A stretch of 61,485 bases of DNA, filler included, from Rhabdomonas costata (lineage: Eukaryota), in assembly GCA_019059605.1 (NCBI GenBank). It is 23 parts of 23 records of this genome, joined end to end, with 100 filler letters (N's around TTAATTAATTAA, not from the genome) between each part and the next. Parts side by side here need not be neighbours in the genome. Positions count along the whole stretch, not along the records: positions 21,442 to 24,018 come from JAHMHO010002767.1; positions 24,119 to 26,695 come from JAHMHO010002768.1; positions 26,796 to 29,373 come from JAHMHO010002769.1; positions 29,474 to 32,046 come from JAHMHO010002770.1; positions 32,147 to 34,720 come from JAHMHO010002771.1; positions 34,821 to 37,397 come from JAHMHO010002772.1; 17 more parts are not named here. One strand, 5' to 3'. Within the stretch, counting starts at the first letter, position 1. Every line of letters begins with the position of its first letter. The position numbers were made by a program, and so were the translations under genes. Below the pieces are notes generated by a model that did no database searches, had not been told where the DNA came from, and was given only the letters and a program-made list of their open reading frames with translations. Shown one piece after another: positions 23,216-36,255 of the stretch.

Positions 23216-23879
23216 GTTCGTACCTTTCCCCCTGCCCTTAGCACGTCTCTTTCTTTGTGTGTGCTGTGAGGAGGTAGTTTCCCGTTCGTTCTTGCAATGC
23301 GGGGATCTCCAAGACTCCGGTGGGTGTGCTCTTTGGTGGGTTGATTTCTCAGGTCTACTCTCTCTGGTTCCCTGGTTTGCATGGAGAAACGTAGGTGACA
23401 GAGCACGGCGATTTCAAATGAAGAAGAAATGTGAAACAAAAGTTGCTAATGAAATGCAAAAAGGGCCTGCCGGATTTTCGCGAAAACGAAAATAAGGCCG
23501 ACCCTTACAGAGCGGTGTCCTCGCATTATGCACGTTTATTGTATATAGAGTGTATTTCACTGAATTGTACGTGGCTGTCCACGTTGATTCTGCAAAAGCG
23601 TGGTCAGCAATGAAGGGACTTCGATCACGATGAACACTTGCAATCCATCCACGAACCCGAATCCCCAGACCTTAATTTGGTCCAGATTTGCGCACCCTCG
23701 GCAACCAGCGCTTGCCGCTCTGAACTGGAAGACCTTTGGTGGCAACCCCCAAGTTTCATACCCCAGCGGGCGATTTGGAGCCCACTCTCCGGTCGTTTCA
23801 CATTTTTCTGAATTTCATCTCAGGGCAGAGTAATAATTATACCTACCGGCAATGCAAGGCAAACTCATGGAGGGAGAGA

Positions 23880-23980
23880 CCGCAAAAGCGGACCCCATTG
23901 TGCAAGCAAGACCCAACCTGAACAAGAACTGGACAGAAACAGAGGTGAACCCAAAAAATAACTCACCTGGACGCGTGCAA
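23880..23980 (+). repeat. Dispersed repeat, copy 2 (see 18935-19070)
   Basis: Same colinear blocks as 18935-19070 with an internal deletion. Confidence 0.85.
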
Positions 23981-24758
23981 GATCACACACAAAAAATTCG
24001 CAATCTTTCTTGCGATTGNNNNNNNNNNNNNNNNNNNNNNNNNNNNNNNNNNNNNNNNNNNNTTAATTAATTAANNNNNNNNNNNNNNNNNNNNNNNNNN
24101 NNNNNNNNNNNNNNNNNNCAGTTTTTCTTGTGTCCTTTGTGGAACAGACATTTCATATGGCATCTGTTCTTTTGACAGCTTTTTTGATGGGCTGCAAGAT
24201 GATTTGAAGTTTTCCCTCACCTACCTCTAATTCCGATTACCATTCATCTTTGTAAAACAGCGATGTCATCCACATAGGAGGTTTTTTTTCCAGGCGTTTT
24301 GAGATGCTGAAATTTCAACCGACTAACAAACCGCTTTCTTTGGAAAGCAAAAACCTTTTCACCATCGCCCAAGCAGCTGTGGTGGGCTTGATCCATCATC
24401 AACTCTGTGATTTTGGTAGGCTTCAGGCGGCCAAGAGCCATTTGCCCCCTTTCGCAGAAATAGAGGCAGGTGGGCATTTGTGAAAAACGTTGGAGGTGCT
24501 GTAGATATTCCTCCACTGCGCTGGGAAAGAAGGGACGCAATTTAAAAGATCAAAGAAAGAGCCGCCAACATCGCGGGGGCGGGTCCCGGGCTGAGTGTGC
24601 TATGACCGGCCATGCAGCGTTTCGGGAGGCCCATCGCATACAGAAAAGACTCCTAGACCTCCTACTTTTTCGTCATGTGCATTCGATATGGTTTCACGCG
24701 CTTGATGCTCAATAATGTGGAGTGGATGACACGCGTCCTGGTTCCCTGTGTTCTGCAG

Positions 24759-25725
24759 GAGTTGAAGACGAAGAGGATGAAGACTGTGGAGCACGGCTCT
24801 TGCGCTGGCGCAGGGAGCCAGGACTTTGGGAAGTACATGAGGGCCCGGGCCTGGGAGCGGAAGCGCGTGGAGCGGCTTTATCAGACCGAGGCCCAGCGCT
24901 CGGCCCAGGAGGAGTTCGAGAAGCGCATGCAGGAGCGCAAGCAGGCTCAGGTCTCGTATCTTCTTCCCCATTGGCGTCGTGCTTCGTCGTTTTCAAGACG
25001 AACTCTTTATCTAGTATTTTTTGGTGTCAGCACAGCACAAATAGAGATGTTACAATCACTATAAACAAAGCAAAATATGTCGAAAAATGACATGTCCCTT
25101 GGGGGTCCAGCAGGGAGTCCACCTTCCTTCCTTCTTCGTCTGGGTGCTTGTGAAGTCAAGTGAAATATGTCGGGCTGGTATCCTCCACAGCGGTAACCAA
25201 CAGCCAGTCGTGCAACACCCAGCGCGCTACGCACACGCACATGCACACACGGAAGTACGCGCGCGTCGGGAAACCAATTTAATTTCAATTTTTGATGAAA
25301 AAGCCGCGAGAGCCACACGCACACAGAGTCTGTCTTGCACGAGACTTAGGATTGTTGCACTTGCCATCTTATTATTGGCATGTTTTTTCTCTTGTTGTTG
25401 TGCAGAAATGCCTTACCATTTCACGAAGCAAAGTGCGTCCCCTTCGTGCATTGCGTGGGCTGTGTGTCTGCAGGAGGAAAAGACCAAAAAGAAGGCTCAG
25501 AAGCGGAAGAAGAAGAAGCAGCGCGAGCAGGAGCGCAAGGCTGCTGGAAAGTTGCAGAAGACAGCCCCCGGAACCTCCGCTTCCAGCCCAGGCAACGACG
25601 TCAGTGATAGCGAAAACTCTGGGGAAAGCAGCGACGAGGGAGTGCCGGAGAATCCCCCAGCTCCGAAGGACTCAGAAGGATCCTCTGGGGGGGTGGGGAG
25701 GTCGTCGGAGGAGTCAAGCCCGTGA
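24759..25725 (+). CDS. PRKRIP1: PRKR-interacting protein 1 (DUF1168) spliceosomal factor, 3' exons
   Basis: Exons 24759-24950 and 25474-25725 (stop) give HGSCAGAGSQDFGKYMRARAWERKR..EEFEKR..EEKTKKKAQKRKKKK, matching the GSSAGAGSGEFHVY..RRRE..EF..R..EE.TAK.R.KR family pattern. Confidence 0.85.
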
Positions 25726-26573
25726 TCCGTGCACCTTCTTTGCCATCTTGTGACATCTTGTACTGCCCCCTTGCTCGCACCCCGTCTCCCTCTCTCCTCG
25801 GGTCTTTTTGCCTCTGAAGAGTTATGTGCACTTGTTGTGAACTTTTGCATTTGTGCTGTTGTTTCAGTTTTCATGCTTCTTTACGATCCCTAACACCTGG
25901 GTGGCTCCGACGGTTATTGTGAATTCTTTTTCGACGATAATAATCCAGTGTCATGAACGATGATATGAATTTGAGTAGAAGTTTCTTCTCCCGGTTAATC
26001 GACACTGTCTTCAAGCGTTCAAGTCAATAGTTTGATAATATTTCTAATGATAGCTGTAGATGCGGCAGCCGCATCACTGCCTGCTAGTAAAGTGGCAGCT
26101 GAGGTTTGGTGGTGGGGTATTCAAACAACAACGCTTTACTCCTGCTCAGTCTCCTTTTGTTGTTGAGCGTGTCACCGCCGTGTTGCGGCGGAGCTTTCTC
26201 CCATCTTTTTTCCGTCTGTGTATGTGGAGCTCGTCGACTTCCACATGACTGAATTCCAGAAGGCCAGCCAGGCCGTGCAGAGTATCACGACCAGGCTCGA
26301 CGCTCTGTCTTCTCGGGTGCCTTCCTGCTCGCTCGCTCATTCTTATTCCATCTTTCTTGTTACCCTTCGACCATAACACAGGTTATATCTTGACAGAACC
26401 TTCTGACTGTGACTAGGTTGGGCAAGAAAAACACTCAAACGAACAACAAGGGCTCGTTTGTCGTTGAAAAGCAGCAAATGCACAACGAAATGAGGCGTTC
26501 ATGCTTACCAAGGTCCGCCTAAAGGATCAGTGTGGGATGAATTGTGCCGTGGTCATGACTTCTGAATGGCTTC

Positions 26574-26691
26574 TGGGGGATCTGAACCCATACCCCAAGT
26601 CCAACATGTCCGTTTCCCTGGTCACTTAAAGCTTGCGGAGGACCCAGGGAAACGGACATGTTGGACTTGGGGTATGGGTTCAGATCCCCCA
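26574..26691. repeat. 48-bp perfect inverted repeat at contig end
   Basis: 26574-26621 is the exact reverse complement of 26644-26691; 22-nt loop. Confidence 0.95.
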
Positions 26692-28053
26692 CCACNNNNN
26701 NNNNNNNNNNNNNNNNNNNNNNNNNNNNNNNNNNNNNNNTTAATTAATTAANNNNNNNNNNNNNNNNNNNNNNNNNNNNNNNNNNNNNNNNNNNNGGGGG
26801 GTTGGTAGGTTGCATCGAAGTACTTGTAGGTCGCCATTTGGGATGGGCGGAAGAATAACCAGCTCAGAACCCTGAGTAAAATGCTGTGAGGAGAACGAGG
26901 CAGAAGACAAAAGCAAAAGGAATTAACTTGCCCGTGAATGGATTGCGGAGGTGTAAAGAATTTTGGGGTTGGGGAACGCTGTTTCAACAGTTCACAAATC
27001 GGAGAATCAGTAACAAAGATAGAAATATCTCAGCGAGTACAGATGAGAAAAAAGAAAAGCGCGAAATTTGAACCCAGAATCGAGGTGGTGCGTAGGTGCC
27101 AACGGACAAGGGATATGCATCGGGCATGCTTGGTGTATGGTCGGGGGGCTGCCCACAGTCTTGAGTGATGGGAACGCGGGTGAACTGGTGCTCCGTGGAA
27201 AAGGCAGACAAAACCAGAACACAGGAAATGGAAAAGCACGGGTAGTCGTCCACAACATTGTCGGCATGAAGGCACTGCACATCAATTCACAACAAAAATT
27301 TGAGAGAGGGACAGCACACGCACAGACAAATGCGAACAGCGCACTCTCTGAAAGAAAGCCACCCTCCTTGCCTCTGCTCATAAGGCCTATCAGGTGGAAA
27401 AGGTGTGCAGAAACTGCAGGGGTAGCCACCGAGCAGAAGGTCCAAAACAAGCTGCTCCGAGGAGTGAACCCTTTGCTTCGCGCATGGGCAATTGAACTGA
27501 AAAGAATCCCGAGGACCTCTGCCGAATACGCCGCGGTCTCAGTCAGAGGTAGTCCTCAGCTATTCCGACCAGCTCGCCTGACAACAACACAACGGCCGAC
27601 GCTCTTAGGGCTGTGGAGGGAGCATTATGTCCACAAACAGCCAGCATCTCTTTGCTTCTTCCCCTTCTCACTTTTGCTTTGGTCAAACCTTGTCTCACAA
27701 GCGGTGTATATATGGTCAATTGAGTATTCACAACAGCAGTGACAAGACAGGTAAGCTTTTCCTGTACTCAAGCGCAGGCGTACACAGAAAAAAAAAGTGT
27801 GCGGTGCGGTTGACACGCACGTCATTCTCTATGGAAAAGAATACCTGGGGGCAGGAAGGGAGGCATGCATCACCCGTGCATAGCAGGAGTGGCGCGGGGG
27901 GAAGCAGGGCCAATGGGGCCAAGAGAGGAGAAAATCGGCAACAAAAAAAAGCAGTTCAGTCGCCCCCAAAGTGTAAGTTGTTTGTGGGGGGTAAGCCTGC
28001 AGTGGGGGGCATAGCTGCTACCAGAAGGAGGGGTTTAATTTCTTTCAGCGTCT

Positions 28054-28656
28054 TTACGAAGACCGCACAACTCGGTCACGGAACCGCGGGTAGTTCGGTG
28101 GGAGTATTTTCATCGTGAGCTGCACGTCGCCCGCTCCAGTGCGCGCCAACTGCTCCACCCCCGGCTGGCCAAACTCCAACGCAGATAGGTAGAGCGTTTG
28201 GGGCTGGCCTAAGGGTTGCGATGCCGGAAGAAAGGGAGGACGTACGATACGATACACCTCATTGCTGAAAGGGGAAAACAAAGGGCGATACAAAACCGTG
28301 AACCGCGCGTCACAAAACTACAACAACGCAGTGAAGGCCAACAATAAAAGCAACGGTGCATCTTCTCCGCAACTCTCCCGCTTCTTAGTGCTCACGCATA
28401 ACTTGGACTTGCTGCGCCTGTTCCATTCCGCGAAGAAGTGGAAAGCATTATGGGAAAAGTCGTATCGCAGAAACGTGCGCGGAGGGAGGGGAGCACCGAG
28501 GGCCACGTCGCTGCGGAAGGTCCGGGTCTGCAGCAGGCGCACAAAGAGGAGGTCCACCCGCTTGTCCAAGACGTCAAGCTGCAGCTCCTCCAGCTGGAAG
28601 GAGGCGGTTCCGCGGGTCACACGCTGCACCCTGGTGCGCTGCATGTCGGGACCGAC
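28054..28656 (-). CDS. C2-domain-like protein, last two exons
   Basis: Exon 28656-28497 (VGPDMQRTRVQ..ASFQLEELQLDVLDKRVDLLFVRLLQTRTFRSDVALG) joins in phase 1 to 28208-28054 (QPQTLYLSALEFG..GDVQLTMKIL..stop). Strand pattern fits a C2 domain. Confidence 0.6.
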
Positions 28657-29505
28657 CTGCACATAAATCCGACGTAGGCACATCACGACTCGTCCCCTCC
28701 AATCCCCCCCAATTTAGCAAGTGAATTGCACAATCCTCCACATTACAGTTGAATTTATAACTACAGATTCCAGCCAAAGGTCAGCAATTGGGAGAAAAGA
28801 TGGACAGGGTTAAAGGACACTGCAAACATTGAAAACAAACGCAACATACGCAACCAAAAGTAGACTAACGCGGACCTGAAGCTCCACAACCACGCTGGGG
28901 CTAAAAAAAGAGGAAGCCCTCGGCCACCACGTCCGTGCAAAAGTTCAGGGCGACCGAGAGAACGCCAGACATCACGTTGGGGGAGGAATAGTCCACGGTG
29001 AGCAGCTCGGCATATATCGACGTCATGAACGCAGCATTTCCCTGCCGGTCCTCCAGCGCTGCCCATTGGGCACTGGCCTAAAGAAGCGGAATGCACCCGA
29101 TCTCTGAAGGCAAGGAATTAAACGTCAGTGAATTGAAGGTCACTACAAACATAATTGCACCCTCCGAAAGAGTTTTACAAACTGAGACCTGGCGCAAATC
29201 GAAGCAGCGACGACTTCATGTGCACACGCCTTCAATTTGGACAACATTAATTTCAGTGTCCCAATGGCAGCAACAGCAACAGCAGCTTGTTCTGGTCAGG
29301 TTGATGTCACCATGGGTGACAGCCGGACGAAAGGACTGATCATCTCACAACCCCCCCATACACACCTAACACANNNNNNNNNNNNNNNNNNNNNNNNNNN
29401 NNNNNNNNNNNNNNNNNTTAATTAATTAANNNNNNNNNNNNNNNNNNNNNNNNNNNNNNNNNNNNNNNNNNNNTATTCTTTGATTTCGCTGGAAAGCACC
29501 CTCAG

Positions 29506-31462
29506 GCTGTCGGAGGGTCTGGGTTTGGCCTCAGGCTCATGGACAGCGCGCTGTATTCGGTGCTTCGACTCGGGATTTTCCAGGTTTGGGACTAATGAGT
29601 ATTCCTTGCTGAGTTCGTGGGGGTGCATTGCCTGTTTGCTTTTGGCGTTGTTCAACCCATTTTTATTCTTGTCTTTCATTGTTGCGGCGTATTTTCCTCC
29701 AATTTATAAAATTACTGCCCGCGCCACCATTTAAGTTAGAGGTAAACAAAGCGTTACCAAAATGCAACTTTTGGGGCATTGCAGGGTCAAAGTCTCACTT
29801 TGTTTACCATGTCAGCTTAGTTACTTTGTGATTACCCAAACTGTGCATTGGGGCACTCTGTGCATCGGGAGGAAGCCTTTTTTATATTTTAAATGATATG
29901 GTGCGTTAAATCTCAAAAGTGAAAGCTTGTGACTCTCACAACGCTGAGGAAGGTTGCTCATTATCACGAACGGGGCACAATTCAACCGCAGGCGCATCAC
30001 ACCCCCTCCGGAGCATATACTTTTTGGTTCTGAAGTGAAACAGGTAATGTTTCATATCCTGCGCAATCGCTGTGGTGTCGATGCAATTCACGTGTGTAGA
30101 CTGTGGACCTCCCCCATCCCTTTTGTTGGATACTACCGGAAGGAATTCCCCGTCAGGTTCCGGGGGTGCGAGACTACCACGGGCGGGCGGTGATTCTAAT
30201 GTACCCGCGGCACACGCAGCCGGGGGCCTTCCCAGCGGAGCTTGTTCTGGCTGCCGTGTGGTACACGCTCAGCCGGGCCTTACGGGAGGATGAGCAGGCG
30301 CAGCGCTGCGGGGTGGTGATCGTCAACGTGGCGCAGGGCGTGTCCATCCAGAACTTTGACCGCAAGCTGGTCGGTCTTCTAGCGCCCTCCCTGACCAACG
30401 TCTTCCCCCTCCGTGTGGGACAGGTGTATCCCGCCCCACAATTCTCTTTCGGCTCGACTCCAGTAAAAATCACTGGATACGAATCAACAACAACAAACAA
30501 AACCAGTAAAACGCATAGCTCCCCCCCCCACACACACCAGAAAATAGGTGCGATATTGGCCCGAAGCTGCGATAAAGCCACATCACCATCACCCGGAGCC
30601 AGTGCAAAAGAAATACGAACAACTCAGAACCGAGAAACCACGTGGTCAACCGAACCAAGTGGTCAAGACCTTCCTCCCTCAAAAACGGCATCATCTTCTT
30701 TCCTTACCTTGAATGTATCCACTTTCTAGTCCTCTGGAAATAGATTCCGCTCCTTCCATTCAGGCAATTTTGCGGTCACGAACATCAGTTTCCTTACTGC
30801 CTGCAGTTACCCTCATATTTCCTCCTGAGCGCGCGTGCCCAGTCGCCCACCCATCACTTACCCATGTACACTGAACACTGACTTCTTTGAGGTGGTGCAT
30901 AGGTGCATATTCTGATACATTGTTGAGAACAATTGGCTATTGGTGATGCAACCAGATCCTGAAATGTCACCTTTTCTCCCTCCCGTCCTTTTTACTTGCC
31001 CGTCGAGCACAAAAAGTTCGCTGAAACTCATTACGCGACTCATTCATTTGACTTTCAATTGTCTTCGAGTGTTTTTGTCCTTTTGCCCTGCGCTTTGTAA
31101 GCAAGTGCTGTGCAGTTTTTTCTCTTCAATTTTGCCTCCGTTTCTATGCAGCATTTCCTCATGCACATGAATTACGCATATGTTGTCCGCAGATTATCAT
31201 CTGCCGTCCACCTTCCGTGTTCCGGGTGGTTTGGCCCGTCATCTCTGTCTTCCTGAAGGAAAAGCTGCGCTCGCGAGTCACCGTTCTTCCTGAAAGCATC
31301 AACTTTCTGCCCAGATTGGTCAACTTTCTCCCGTTGACTTCTATTCCTGCGGAGCTGGGAGGTAGCCTGGTCCATGACCATATGGCCTGGGTGGGCCGGC
31401 AAGCTCTGGCTGATGGGTTTCCCGTGCCCGAGTCTACGCCCACTCAAGAGATTTGGGTGTAG
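29506..31462 (+). CDS. CRAL-TRIO (alpha-tocopherol transfer/clavesin-like) protein, 3' exons
   Basis: Exons 29506-29583, 30157-30423 and 31193-31462 (stop), all phase 0 GT-AG: GIFQVPGVRDYHGRAV..EQAQRCGVVIV..FPLRVGQIIICRPPSVFRVVWPVISVFLKEKLRSRV..IPAELGGSL. Confidence 0.9.
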
Positions 31463-34394
31463 CTTTCCTTGTCCAGATAGGTTCCATTTTAGGCAGGGAT
31501 CCGTGTGTTTGGCAGTGTGCACTCTGCACTCGTTGCCATTTCTCTGGGCAACTAATGTGGGTGTGCTCGAATGTGTACAGCTTCACAAGCAGCTTTGTTT
31601 ATGTGCTGCTTCAGTATTTCTGGATGGACACAGCGTATCAGTTTTTTTTCCGGATGCCGCAGTATGGCAGTGGACGAAATCAATTGGATAAGGGAGGAGG
31701 ACGAGCGGTCTTCATCACGCGTAATTTTCTGAAGCCACCCGATTGCCAACACTTGCGAGCCAGCTTGATCATTCTATGCATGGCTTAGGTTACGAACGGA
31801 AGAAATTGGGCGAACAACGGAACAATGCCAATATCTAAGCAAACCAACCTCCGTGTTTGACACGATAACAAATCCTGCGCACGCACGCACTACCGTACTT
31901 TTTAACCGGAACCAGAGCTTCTCTTTCGCGCGATCATGCCCCTTGCCCCTAATTTCGTATGTTATTCTGGTTTCATTCGGGATATTTACACCCCTTCTCC
32001 AGAGCTATTAGCACCCCTTCTCCCGTTGTATATAGGCGTCCGCAATNNNNNNNNNNNNNNNNNNNNNNNNNNNNNNNNNNNNNNNNNNNNTTAATTAATT
32101 AANNNNNNNNNNNNNNNNNNNNNNNNNNNNNNNNNNNNNNNNNNNNCCCTCACTCCCTATGGAATGTTTGTTGGTCGTTCCACCGCTGATGCTTTCTGTT
32201 GATCACGTGTCATTGTCATTCTCGTTCCCTCGCATGCCTCCCCCTGATGATGAAGATGAAGATGTAAGAATGAATGCTAATACATCATGCACCTCGCCAT
32301 AGTCGTGACCCATGCTTCGTGACTCTAAGGGTATGCGTAAGAGGTGAATTCATACTCCTGAGTTAAGTGTGTTGGATGTTGGAATTCTGCGCTTGTTTTG
32401 GTGTATTTATCCTGAAGCAATACGCCTTCTTACTGAACAAGAAGAGCAGTACCAATGCAACTTCCATTACTTGGTTGGAAAAACGCATTGTCACATCCAC
32501 ATATTCACACATTCGCAATCTCCCATGGCAGAACTCCAGGATTTTTGAAGTTCTTCTGTATGTTCTATTTAGCAGATTTCTCTCCGCCATACCACGCCTA
32601 ACTTACTCCATGTTCAACTATGGCAAGCCATTCTGCAAGCATGCATTTGGCAAATGTGGCATTTGGCAAACCAATTTTCGATGAACGGTTTTCAAAATAT
32701 ATCAATCCATATTGATTAAATGTCGCTGACGCAATAATTCGCATCAATCAGCTCCCACATCCGCGTCTCCACGCCATCTCCCGCAACGTTTTACATTTTC
32801 TTGTCACTCCCAGGTAACGAGATGTGGTTGTTTTGGGCACTGGTTAAGTGAAAAGATTTTTACTTTGCGTGTGCAAAACAAAAGGTCACAAAGAAAACTG
32901 ATATTTTGCACATAATCCATCACACCACATCAAACCTCTTTCACACCATAGTTTTATGTGTGTTTTGGAACCCACCACATCCAAACCAACAGAATCTATG
33001 AAGAGCTACCCTTCAACGGCACTGTGCTGTACACCACTTTCACTGGTCAAGTAAATTTCAAAAACGTTGTGAATAAAAGCAATTATTTTTGATTAACAAA
33101 AAAATTGTGGTTATTTGGATGTGGTATTTGTTTTGTTTTGTTTTGTGTGTAGTTGCACATTATTTTGGTGAGTGTAAGTTAATTGAGTCTCATACTATTT
33201 ACACAGTTTGTCATTTTACAAAAACAGAACATGTAACCGTTTTGCTCAATGCGTTTGACTGCAAAAGATAGAGCGCATGCGTTCAATGTGTATCATAGCT
33301 GGGCTAATTAAATCAAAAGCCACGTTGATTGTAAGGACGCTTCACGGCAGTGCACCCACATATACTTTGAACTTAGCTTTGTAGACGTGGTAATATTTGT
33401 TTTAAATCTTAACATTTTGCGCAACCTCACATACTGGTTGGTAATGGTAGTACTTTGTTATTTTAGCTTGTCTGTGAACTGGCCCCATGAGGTAACTGTT
33501 TTGCAGATAGAGAGGATGCCACGTAGCGTATCTCCAAAGGCCTGGTGACAACATAATCATGGATTTTTCTCTGAAATTTGTTTCATTGACTCTAACCAGC
33601 AAGTCTACAAAATGTTCTAGAATGCCGTGGAAAGTTTTAAACTCGGTATTTTTCCTTCATTTTCCTGAGTACCGAGGCTTCAACTGGACGTGAGCACGAG
33701 ACTGCAAAGAGGCACCTGTTGATTGGACAACGTTTTGCATCATGGTAATTAGATATTTATGGTTATGATACATACAATTAACTGCTTTTCAGTAGTTTTG
33801 TGGAAAAAGGTCTTGTGACTGCGGGTGATTCGTTATGAGAAGGCGCGGATGCATGGTGCATTGTGTTGGACTGCTGTGTGATCATTGTTTATCTGTGTTG
33901 GTTTTATTTCAAACGGATTTCTTCTGCATGAAAGTATGAAATAAAAGCCAGTAGATATAAAAATCATTAAAATAGAGCCAATTTACTTTCAAAGTAGTTA
34001 CAATAACCAAAGATTTGAAACAAAATTAGTACAAAAAAGTAGGTAGTAAGTAGTAAGCGAGTATACAGAAATCACACTATTGATACCGGTAAGTCACACC
34101 AACCCTGTGCTATCAGGTGAGATGGCTCGGTTTCATAAACCTCTCTTGTATCAAGACAATGTTTACTGATGCTTACTTTACGAAGCACAATACTGATTAC
34201 GGCACAAATTTAGTTTCCATTCCACAAACACTTTGGAATTCGGTAATGACGTGAATCAGAGAAAGTTGAGAAAATTGTGTAAAAACGTCGAAAGAATGGG
34301 AGTATGCATGAAAATATTTACAACAATTCATTGACATAAGTTTCGTGTAAAATTCTGTGGTTTTGTGGGGATTGGAGTTTCGGTATAGCAAAAT

Positions 34395-34717
34395 GGTGTT
34401 TAAAATAATACTTATTTAGTTTTGGTCTAATACGGAAGAAATTTCAAGAAAAGTTAGGTTTAAGTGATGAAAAGTTGAATGTGTGAAATGTGTGAAATGT
34501 TACCAAGTGAAACCAAAAGCAGGAAGAAAAGCACAAAAAATACTTTCTACAGGACACTATATACACACGGATTCACTGCAGTTGGGTTGTGTGCACGCAT
34601 ACCCCGGCCATTTCGCTCAATAATATCTGCCTCACAAAGGGATTTTTAACCACTGTAACTTTTCTTGAAATTTCTTCCGTATTAGACCAAAACTAAATAA
34701 GTATTATTTTAAACACC
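34395..34717. repeat. 62-bp perfect inverted repeats around a 199-bp spacer (MITE-like or fold-back artefact)
   Basis: 34395-34456 is the exact reverse complement of 34656-34717. The right arm ends 3 nt from the contig end, so no target-site duplication can be tested. Confidence 0.85.
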
Positions 34718-34820
34718 CACNNNNNNNNNNNNNNNNNNNNNNNNNNNNNNNNNNNNNNNNNNNNTTAATTAATTAANNNNNNNNNNNNNNNNNNNNNNNN
34801 NNNNNNNNNNNNNNNNNNNN

Positions 34821-35614
34821 GTGAAGGTTCTGCCTCGGGTGCTTCGCCGCGAGGGGCGTTGCCTGGTGCGCGCTTGCTTTGGGGCGCTGCGGCTGCAGGT
34901 CCGGCTCTCCACTGCCACCGCGGACATCTCCGAGAAGCGCCGCGCCCGGCTGGAGGCCAAGCAGCTGGTTTCTCCCCTTTCCCGTCGTCCTGTCACTGCT
35001 TGTCGTGGAATAATGTACACATCTTCGCGATACGATGCCAGCCTCTGGGCGCATTTGTGAGAGAAAAGGCACATGAGGTGAGAGGCCCTCTCAATAGCGG
35101 AGGCATCAGTCCTTCTGCATCCTGCGCCATACGGCTGTCCCTTCGAAACTGCATTTTGCTGTGAGCAGAGGGGTAGGATTCAGCAAGAATGGCGCTTTGG
35201 CAGGCAGTCGTAATTCCAGAAACGGTCCCCTTCCCCGGAAAAGCATCGGTTTCGAAAGCTTTGTCAACGCTGCTGGCTATGCATTGGAGGAGGCCTTCTT
35301 CCCCAGTGCAGAGGAAACGGCAACAGCACAAACCGGCCCCACTTACCTCGTCACAGGTCCAACAGTCCCGCGCCCGGGACCTCCGCGTGCATGCCACCCG
35401 GCGGGTGGCTCGGCAGGCCTACCTCACCCACCCGGGATACTTCGAGCTGTACTTTCAGCCCCACCTGGACAACGACTGCGGGTGCCACGGTGGTCTGGCC
35501 CTGGCCAGCCACACCATGCGCGGGGGCGGGGGCCACACATCGGCGGCGATTGGTGGCACTGCAGAGCAGCAGAGGGCGACAAAGTGTGGGCGATATGTGA
35601 GATGTGGGGAGTGA
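34821..35614 (+). CDS. Hypothetical protein, 3' exons
   Basis: 34821-34967|gt and ag|35357-35614 (stop) join in phase 0 with GC3-rich codons. No family recognised. Confidence 0.45.
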
Positions 35615-36255
35615 TGCACTATATCGGATAATCACACCTTAAGCTATTATTACGACATCACAATGGCCTTGGTGAAATCGGCACTGGCTTAGGTTAGGGT
35701 AGAGGAAGGGAACTCCAGCAGCATGGCCTGTCTCAGCTGATTAGCCTTTCCGAGGAAAAAATGCACGCCGTTGGACATCCTGCAACGTTATTATCATTGT
35801 GCGCTAGGAATTGGCTTGTCTGAAAACCGCAAAGTTCAGAGCCAAAACATATTTGGTCCAAGCGCTCCAAAAGACACCCCAGAAACGGGCCACAAGATAG
35901 ATGTATAGGATTCTCATTGTCGGCAGCATGAGTGGTGCATCTGGTGTGCTCACAACACCCTTTGCATCAAAGAAACCTCCCTTTTTCCCGTCGTGCTGTC
36001 TCTTATGTTAGTATTATATCGTTGCGTGACACATACACCTTCCCTAACCCGCATTGTACATGGCCTTTCTCTGGCTTGCCAGCCGATTCTTTTTTTGTTT
36101 GGATGGTAGCGTTTTTGGATTTTTTTTAAGGATGTTGAATCTGGGAAAGCCCATTTCAAAGGTCCTGGGATATTTCTGCCGAATGTTGACCCATGTATCC
36201 CTTTCCTTTCACCTTCTGTGTAACTCGCTCACTTTATTTCACGCTCTACGTCCAG

